From the NCBI GenBank assembly GCA_946965045.2, contig OX337241.1:1736001-1800000 (forward strand): 64,000 nucleotides of DNA, written 5' to 3'. The translations under genes and the position numbers were made by a program. Shown here piece after piece: positions 57,058 through 64,000 of this stretch (position 1 is its first letter; each line of letters opens with the position of its first letter). This DNA is from Epithemia pelagica. Taxonomy: Eukaryota; Protista; Bacillariophyta. The notes beneath the pieces were generated by a model. It did not search any database. It was not told where the DNA came from and saw only the letters and a list, made by a program, of their open reading frames with translations.

Positions 57058-57679
57058 CAACTTCCGGTAATGGACTTAAAACCTAGGTAATCCTTCTACT
57101 ACTCAGAGTATCGTCACGATATAACATTTTTAATTTTCACACAGTAATACCTCTTATATGATCATACTAGGTACAGATTAATTTAATATGAGGAAAACAT
57201 CCAGAGTCACGGATGTCGGAGGATTTGGTAGATGTCGGATGATGTCGGATGATGTCGGAGGATGTCGGATGATGTCGGATGATGTCGGATGTTTTTATCG
57301 CCAAAAGAATATGTACTCTCCAGCAAATGGGATTCTTCACGAGAAATCACAAGGTTACAAGTCCACTGATTGACGGTAGGCCCATCAACTGAAGGAGCAC
57401 CGCTGGATTTTGAGGCAAACCATGTTTGCGCGCGAGCCCGAAACGACATCAAACGACATCAAACGACATCAAACGACATCAAACAACATCAAACGACATA
57501 CAAACGACATACCAACGACATACCTTTCGACATTCCCGTTTGTTCCATACTAGAGAATGGTAAATCATATTCTATGGTATCATAATACGTACTTTGTATT
57601 AATATCGATCCTTTGTTTTGGTTTCGTCCGTTGGGTATTGGGAGAGAATATGCGACTCACGTGTAGTTACCGGAAGTTG
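57058..57679. mobile_element. MITE copy 2 (622 bp)
   Basis: Same 13-bp TIR as 18969-19591, TSD CTG, co-linear internal sequence. Decamer arrays GATGTCGGAT (left) and AAACGACATC (right). Confidence 0.88.
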
Positions 57680-58060
57680 CTGGGGAACTGGAGAGACGTG
57701 GGGATGGTGTTTCGGTCCTTTAGAGGAGGGTCACTCGGCGCGTAGGGTCGGGCGCTCGGCTTCTCGAATGAGATGAAGGGCATATGGATTGTCGGGCATG
57801 CGCTCTCATCGACCTCTGCCCTCCTTGTCATGCTTCCGAACGCGCCGGGCGGTCCCCTCTTTAAGGAACTCGACACCGGTTGTACCACAACTATTCCTAG
57901 GGACTACGGAGAGACTACTACCAGAGGATTACAGCGCGCGACAAACAGCAATTACGCCAGAACCAAAACACCAACAACCCCAGCAGCCAAACATGCAACA
58001 TCCACATGCCATCGTATTCGAAATCTGGACTAGCAATAAGTCACACTATCTAAAGACGCG

Positions 58061-59779
58061 ATGAAGAATACTAGAGAGTTGAAACTAAATGAGAAGATTG
58101 AAGTGGAAAAGACATTTCGCGGTATGAAATTGAAGAGTGCAACAGTGGACTGTTCTCTGCTCTTTGAGGTAGTGGGTGGCAAGTATTGCTTGAAACCCAG
58201 TCCAGATGGACTTTTGGATCTGAAGGGTCCCTTGTCTCAATTGTATCTGCAAGGGAAGGAAGATCCCTTTTTGCCCATTTCGCTGTTTGTTCGTGACTGC
58301 ATGGGAGACATTTTCGATAAGTTGATGAGAACTCCACATGATAAGAGAGCCATTGTTTTTGGATCTCCTGGGGTCAGCAAATCCATTCTGACATTCATTG
58401 CAGTCTTATGCTATGCCTCCTTGGGAGGAAGGCCTACCTTGTTCATGAGGAAGACCGAGCAAATTGAAGAAGACATCTCCATCTTTTGGGCTGTCCAGAA
58501 AAGAAACAAAATTGTGAATGTCTACTTTACCCGTGTTTTAGACGACAGGGCAGAACTCAATTATGTTGTCCAGGTTATGGAAGACTGGGGTCTTGAAGAC
58601 GAAGAATTCGATGATATAAGCGGAAATTTGCGCATATTCTGTGATGGACCAAAAATCCACGACAAAGTCAACCAAGGTGGAAAGCATGCCTCTCTGGTAA
58701 CAACCGGGGGCGTGGAGTCACCGTTTGGGGAAAATTTGGGCCATTACTACCTTTATCCGCTCTCAGCATGGTCACTCGAAGAAACTGTCGATGCATTACG
58801 TGCAATGAAACATAAAATTGGCAAGCGCAAGATTGCGGAAGTCTATGACGTGTTGGGAGGGAAGATTCGAGATGTTCTTGAGGTTTCGACGACAGAAGAT
58901 ATTGACAGCAAACTCGTATATTTTCGGGATCTGTTGCGAAACATTGTTACCGGAGACCTGTCTGGCAAGGAAATCAAGGTAGCCATTGAATCCACCAAAT
59001 TGAGCGACACCAAGGACAGCAAGGATCCTGTTCGTGCCATGTTTACAAGAGACAAAGGCTGTGTGGATGGTCGCCCAAATTACGAAACAGTTCAGTACCT
59101 TGGCTCGCAGTATCTTGCAAGGCTGCTGCAATCCAGCCTTAGCCTTCAAGACACTATCAATGCACTCATGTATGCAAAAGGGACAGGAATACAGAGCTTG
59201 TATGACTGGAATTTTGAACTCTTTTGTCACAAGATCTTTCAAGTCTACTCAGAAGCACTAAACAAGCATTCAGAAGATTCCGCAATGCAGAGCCCGTCAT
59301 TCACTTTTGACATTTGCCAAGGAGAAGGTAAAGGCAAAGAGAGTGTGGCATATCTCACAAAAAAACTCTTGTATTGGATGCCAAGCATTCCAAATTATGC
59401 AAATATTGATGCTGCTATAGTATTGGAGGAGGGTGCCACTCTCACTCTCTACTGCACCCAGTACACAGTTTCAACCAAGCATGGGTTCAATTGCAAGACT
59501 TTTTATTCTGATTTCTTTTGGTTGATACCAGAATCGGTTCGTGAGCCTATAGAGGCTGTGAAGGTTGTCTTTGTTGTGCCTCATGGAATGACTTTTGAAG
59601 CTGTGCAAGTTCCGTCGGCTCAGAAAGATGCGTTTGAATTGGAAGCTGATGACCTCAACATCGAATATAAAGCAAAGAACAAGGATAAGAAAGCCACCAA
59701 GGATGATGATGATGAGGTCGACGATGGCGACGTGGTAATGAATCCAGGATCCCCCCTCAAAATCTGTTTCCAGTGGTAA
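58061..59779 (+). CDS. Crinkler/RHS-like protein: P-loop NTPase + C-terminal restriction-endonuclease-like domain, 572 aa
   Basis: AIVFGSPGVSKS (Walker A variant), IFCDG (Walker B), YPLSAWSLEE, GGKIR, then YWMPSIPNYANIDAA..QYTVSTKH, which resembles the PD-(D/E)xK-like tail of CRN effectors. Confidence 0.7.
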   Translation: MKNTRELKLNEKIEVEKTFRGMKLKSATVDCSLLFEVVGGKYCLKPSPDGLLDLKGPLSQLYLQGKEDPFLPISLFVRDCMGDIFDKLMRTPHDKRAIVFGSPGVSKSILTFIAVLCYASLGGRPTLFMRKTEQIEEDISIFWAVQKRNKIVNVYFTRVLDDRAELNYVVQVMEDWGLEDEEFDDISGNLRIFCDGPKIHDKVNQGGKHASLVTTGGVESPFGENLGHYYLYPLSAWSLEETVDALRAMKHKIGKRKIAEVYDVLGGKIRDVLEVSTTEDIDSKLVYFRDLLRNIVTGDLSGKEIKVAIESTKLSDTKDSKDPVRAMFTRDKGCVDGRPNYETVQYLGSQYLARLLQSSLSLQDTINALMYAKGTGIQSLYDWNFELFCHKIFQVYSEALNKHSEDSAMQSPSFTFDICQGEGKGKESVAYLTKKLLYWMPSIPNYANIDAAIVLEEGATLTLYCTQYTVSTKHGFNCKTFYSDFFWLIPESVREPIEAVKVVFVVPHGMTFEAVQVPSAQKDAFELEADDLNIEYKAKNKDKKATKDDDDEVDDGDVVMNPGSPLKICFQW

Positions 59780-60320
59780 GCTCGTTCATTGGAATATTCT
59801 GATGCGACAGAGTCGCCGTTGTCGTTTCTAGGTTAAAGGGACAGAGTCCGTGCAAGAGATGCTGTTGCGACATCATCCCCATGGCGTCAGGGTTAAGTTC
59901 TTACTCCTTTCTCCCTGACAATCAAGTTTGTCCATGCAAGAGGTCGAGTACCTTGAAAAGATTCCCAAGATGGAGAGTTGGGGAGTGAAGAAGAATCAGT
60001 ATAATAGATACATAATTGGGAACCCCAATGGTAACGCTACTTCAATGGCATTTGCAGGGATGGTTTCCTCTGGTATTTCGGAAGGTGGAAACCTCGCGAC
60101 AGCACTAGGAACTACGTCGACCCTCGACTGGTACTGTCGGCTTTCCCTGGTGCCTCCAACACCTTCATAGACTTTTTCGTTCACTCAATCAAGGATTTCC
60201 CCACCAAGGGTCACTCATCAGCTAGGCAGGGTATCTCTTGGGCAAACAACGTGGCAACGATGAGATAATCCGAGTGGTCAAGTCCCACATCCAGGAAGGA
60301 TTCACCATTCATTCCATGCG

Positions 60321-61702
60321 GCTTGGTGTACCCATGGTCGTGTCGCCAATCGTCCGTAACTGTTACCAACGCTCGTATCCCTATGCTTTCATTGGCGAAC
60401 GTTTCATTCGCGACGCACCGAACAAGAAGTAACTCAGTACTGGTCGAGGGTTTTAGACGCAGAGGGGAAGAGAAAAGTTTATCATTTCACATGGATAATG
60501 GCGACAAAATACGATCCATCAATTACATACGGAACCACATTTATTGTTGCATGCACAAATTACACACTCTTTCGATAAGCAGGTTGTCATCGGGCGACAC
60601 AGAGAGACGACTCGTTGTGTGAAGGCGCGTTGACAACAACGATGTCGTCCCCATACATATGCCAACGGGGAACTTAATTCCATAGATCGAGTTACAGGAT
60701 TTCTGTTGTTCCCATGTGGAACTGCGTAGCCGTTGCTAACTTCATATCCGTGGCGTGGAGATGTGTGTTTGGTGATGCAAAAATAGTGTCGCTAGTCGCT
60801 GTGGTCCTTCCAGAGCCACCTTCTATCGTTGCCCAACAAATTTGCGAGCGCTTGGTTATAGGGGTGATAGAATTCATACAGGTACTTCCTTGTGGAGGGC
60901 GAAAGGCTTTCACGGAGTAACGTTTCACTTCGTTTCTCCTCCTCTCGCAATTGCGCCAGTGCCATGTTATGCACTTCAGGGCGATACATAGCATAAAACT
61001 CATCTTGGGTGAGGAACGAGGAAACATCGTCTGAATCGACTCCTAAAAAGTTCAAAACTTGCTTGTAAACCTTTTGGGGAGTGGCTTTGAATTGTTCAAA
61101 CTGAATCACCATCAGATCCACGTTGAGGGTATAGTAATTGAGCCATCGACTTAACTGGATCGCATACATTCCTCTCTGTAGGAATCGTTGGTTTTCTCCA
61201 TGATTTCCAAACCCACGAAATGAAATAGAATCCAAATAATCTTGTTCCTCCATCGGAATGACCGGAGGTACAAACCGAGAATCACCATTTTGAACTTGTT
61301 GTGTTTGTGATTCATTGCCATGAGTCCTCAAAGGATCTGGCAAAAAAGGAGCCGTAGATAAGTTGTATTGATGCATCAGCTTCAGTTCACTATTTAGCAA
61401 ACGTTCCAACCTCATCGATCGGCCACCATTGGGTTGTTGGATTCGCGTGATCAGTTTGCGCATGGTATAGTGGCTAAACAGTCGATCCACAGGATTCCGC
61501 AGCATAACGATGATCTTTGGTTTCCATGGATGACAAGTTTTGATCATGGACTGTGGAATGTGAGGCCATACCATGTAGAACGGAGTCTTTTCAAACGTCA
61601 TAATCCGAGTGCGTGAGACATGGTTCAACTCGTTTCCATACACTTGCAAGTTCGCGGGACCTGTGATGTTGACGTTGGTGGGACGATGAGTTTGATTGTA
61701 GA
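60321..61702 (+). repeat. Segmental duplication copy 2 (dead Egt1 3' fragment + sulfotransferase 3' part)
   Basis: See copy 1. The Egt1 tail YPYAFIG..FIRDAPNKK* is present at 60321-60432 but is frameshifted and has no upstream gene. Confidence 0.92.
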
Positions 61703-62474
61703 TTTGCTTGTGCAAAGAATGCTGCTTCCTCAACAATTTACCAAAACTTGATTCGTCCAATGACGTGAGGTTGTACTTGGTCTTGATTTGGCCAGGGAAG
61801 TCAAGCTGGGCACTGTAGACATCTCGCAGGCGACAGTGAAGAGACGTCCCAGTTTCATTTAGAAACTGACGTCTGAGTTTTCCCAGTTCAACTCCATAAT
61901 GCCTGATAAATCAACGATCGAGGGAAAACCGTGAGAAGGGCAAGAGAGACCGAGCGACGGGGAATGAGATTGCTTTCCTGAACAAAAAGATCCTCACAAA
62001 CGCAACGCTCATCAATGTCAATGAATTCGAATCTTACATGTCAAAAAAGTGTTCTTCAAAGTGCGACGATCGGACCAACAAAGGGTGCTTTTCCAGCAAG
62101 GCTGCCAATGCCGTTGTTCCACATTTTTGTGCACCAATTAAAACAAAGTCAGGGACTTGGAATGGCTGAGCACCATTACGATCAGAAGGGCAAACCAACT
62201 TCGAGGCCATTCCTGATTTTAGTCTTTCTCTTGATTCTTTGGAGGATGAGATTGGAGGAGCGATGCTGGGGGGCGTGGCCAGTTGCCACCATACGATACT
62301 GGACCACTGTAAAACCAACCAGAAGAAGGATATCAAACCCAAGAGTCGACTCGGAAATCTATGTATCCATTGCGTTAGACGTTGCCTGTTTGAAGCAGAT
62401 TGGATGCATTTCTCAATGTTTCCAACCGCTGCTTCTAGAGTAAGTATAGCATTTCGTTTGGGTCTTACGATCAT
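60792..62474 (-). CDS. Type II membrane (Golgi-type) PAPS-dependent sulfotransferase; intron 61903-62037
   Basis: Signal anchor LLGLISFFWLVLQWSSIVWW; 5'-PSB PDFVLIGAQKCGTTAL; 3'-PB KIIVMLRNPVDRLFSHY; RGMY..QL..W. A GTAAGA..CAG intron joins HFFDM|HYGVELGK in frame with the 60792-61760 ORF. Start codon uncertain. Confidence 0.85.
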
Positions 62475-63194
62475 TGTGAGTTGTGAGCGCGCAAGAACGA
62501 AAACGCCTGGCACACAACTTGGATCCGAACTCGGAACCGACAAGTAGTCAGTGGCAGTCTATATGAGAGTGAATGGAGGCATAAACTTTATAAAATAAGT
62601 ATGGACTATACCAGGGAGTGATCCACAGATCCACAGCTTTGGACTAAAGGGCACAAACGAAGAAATACTATTCACCAAGAAAAAGCGTAAGGTAACGACT
62701 GGTTTCCTCCTAGAGTTCTAAGCGTAGCTTATATACTGACTCCTTCTACACCAGGAAGGGCCCGTTTAACGCAACAAGCAAGTGCCAAGAATTACCTATA
62801 TTTAAGTAGTTTTCTGCGTCTTGATACATACATAGCCAAAGAGTTGTCTTTGCTTGTTGTGTCCGAACAAAACTCTCAATCGTAAAATGGTCTCGGTATT
62901 GGAGGGTTCTTTCATCATGCGATCAAGGTTTGGTAATGCGATCCATCTCCATCAATCCAATAAGATCCAGAACCTGTTTCTAGGTAGATATGTCGAAACA
63001 CTCTGCGTTCCGCAGGTCGTGAATGCACCAAAAGATACCGCTGATATTTTCCAGTCCATTCAAAAATAATCATGTTCGTTTCCGCCAAACTGGTGGTTTT
63101 TTATAGACTTTCCAAGGCATACTTGAAGATGGACCGTACAAAGTGGAGTCTGTCCGCAACAATGGGTTCCGGGGCGAGACAACCTGAACGGTAA

Positions 63195-63641
63195 CTAAGG
63201 AATCGCCCAGGACGGTAGATCCAGAGAGGCTGGATTCCAATCTTTCAAGGAATTCTTATCATCTTCCATTTCTCCCTGTTTTGCATTGTCCATATCATCA
63301 TCTTCTTCGGCATCTTCTTCATTGGGTGCAATCCAAAACCCCACTGAGGCAAGATTGTGTTGTTGGACCGACCACTCCCAGCAATTTTGAATCACATTTT
63401 CGTCAATTACAAATTGTCCACCTGGATCGGCAAAGGAAGATGGTTGTCGCGGGTACGGTTCCTGGGCAAACAACTCTTGCAAACGAGGATCGTCGTCATC
63501 AAACCCAGAGGACGACTCGTCGTCTGGATCTTCATCTCCCGCTATGGATGTCCTTTCTTGAGATTCTTCTTGTACGACGCCGCCCATTTTCTCAGCACAG
63601 TAACTGGGGTCCTCCTCATCGTCGCTCATGCATGCATTCAT
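63195..63641 (-). CDS. Acidic hypothetical protein, 148 aa
   Basis: ATG-initiated, D/E-rich with aromatic blocks (NCWEWS, GFWIAP, WNPASLDLPSWA). No family recognised. Confidence 0.5.
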   Translation of the reverse strand: MNACMSDDEEDPSYCAEKMGGVVQEESQERTSIAGDEDPDDESSSGFDDDDPRLQELFAQEPYPRQPSSFADPGGQFVIDENVIQNCWEWSVQQHNLASVGFWIAPNEEDAEEDDDMDNAKQGEMEDDKNSLKDWNPASLDLPSWAIP

Positions 63642-64000
63642 GGTTCATGGGTCCCGATGATCTATGGCAAATGAGTAGGGGTCGGTGTCGGTCAGTAACC
63701 GTTGGAGTAGAAGTCAGTAAACGTTGTCAGTCTGAATGTCTGTAGTGTCTGTCTATAGGCCTTTGGATCTTGCAGCCATCTTATTGGGAGCCATTGGGGG
63801 AGCAGAATGCAACTCTGCTTATCTGCCGAGGAGTATTGCCATGGGTGTGTTCAAGAAGAGGCTTAATAAATTGTTTGCTGTGGAGAGTCATTCTATTGCT
63901 CCAATTTTAAATGCTTTCGGTAGGGAGAAACCCACACATACGGCGTCTTGTCTCTCGTTTTCGGTTGATCGTACAAGGTCACCAACTCTATCAGGAAACG

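Noticed and set aside
49274-62474. AlkB + Rieske oxygenase + Egt1 + sulfotransferase as a biosynthetic gene cluster
   Set aside because: The predicted compartments differ (plastid-type PAO, Golgi-type sulfotransferase, cytosolic Egt1) and no pathway logic links them; adjacency alone is not evidence without co-expression data.
438-63745. Numerous 60-200 aa ORFs overlapping or antisense to the called genes and TEs
   Set aside because: Shadow frames of long coding regions, without independent motifs.
1-64000. rRNA, tRNA or other structured ncRNA genes
   Set aside because: None recognised by eye; tRNAscan-SE or Infernal would be needed to exclude them.

Overview
Eukaryotic nuclear DNA with short GT-AG introns. 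It is probably from a pennate diatom; this is inferred from CoDi-like copia motifs, an ASAFAP-type plastid targeting peptide on CSP41a and gene families typical of diatoms. Host genes: RCC1+HECT E3 ligase, mu-homology-domain protein, CSP41a, calmodulin-like protein, ankyrin protein, AlkB-type oxygenase, PAO-like Rieske oxygenase, fungal-type Egt1 ergothioneine fusion enzyme, Crinkler-like NTPase/nuclease, sulfotransferase, and four members of a VHYH-motif family. Mobile elements whose ends I could resolve by eye: (1) a Ty1/copia element (8503-14119, TSD CTCAG) that splits a host gene and has a self-complementary, Tf1-like primer site instead of a tRNA PBS; (2) an intact 3.0 kb hAT (15908-18912, TSD GGCGGAGG); (3) a 7.0 kb hAT (22053-29100, TSD GTGTCGAT) carrying an intact transposase plus a convergent Endonuclease III/HhH-GPD DNA glycosylase passenger, which is the best candidate for an undescribed system; (4) a tyrosine-recombinase (Ngaro/DIRS-type) retrotransposon (36985-45617) with split direct repeats, one extra repeat unit, and gag and pol in one frame separated by single TGA codons; (5) two copies of a MITE with CWG target duplications. 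There is also a fold-back element, a LINE relic, and a 1.2-1.4 kb duplication of the Egt1/sulfotransferase junction that brackets the Crinkler-like gene. I recognised no rRNA, tRNA or CRISPR. All calls come from motif recognition and manual sequence comparison; no database searches were run.
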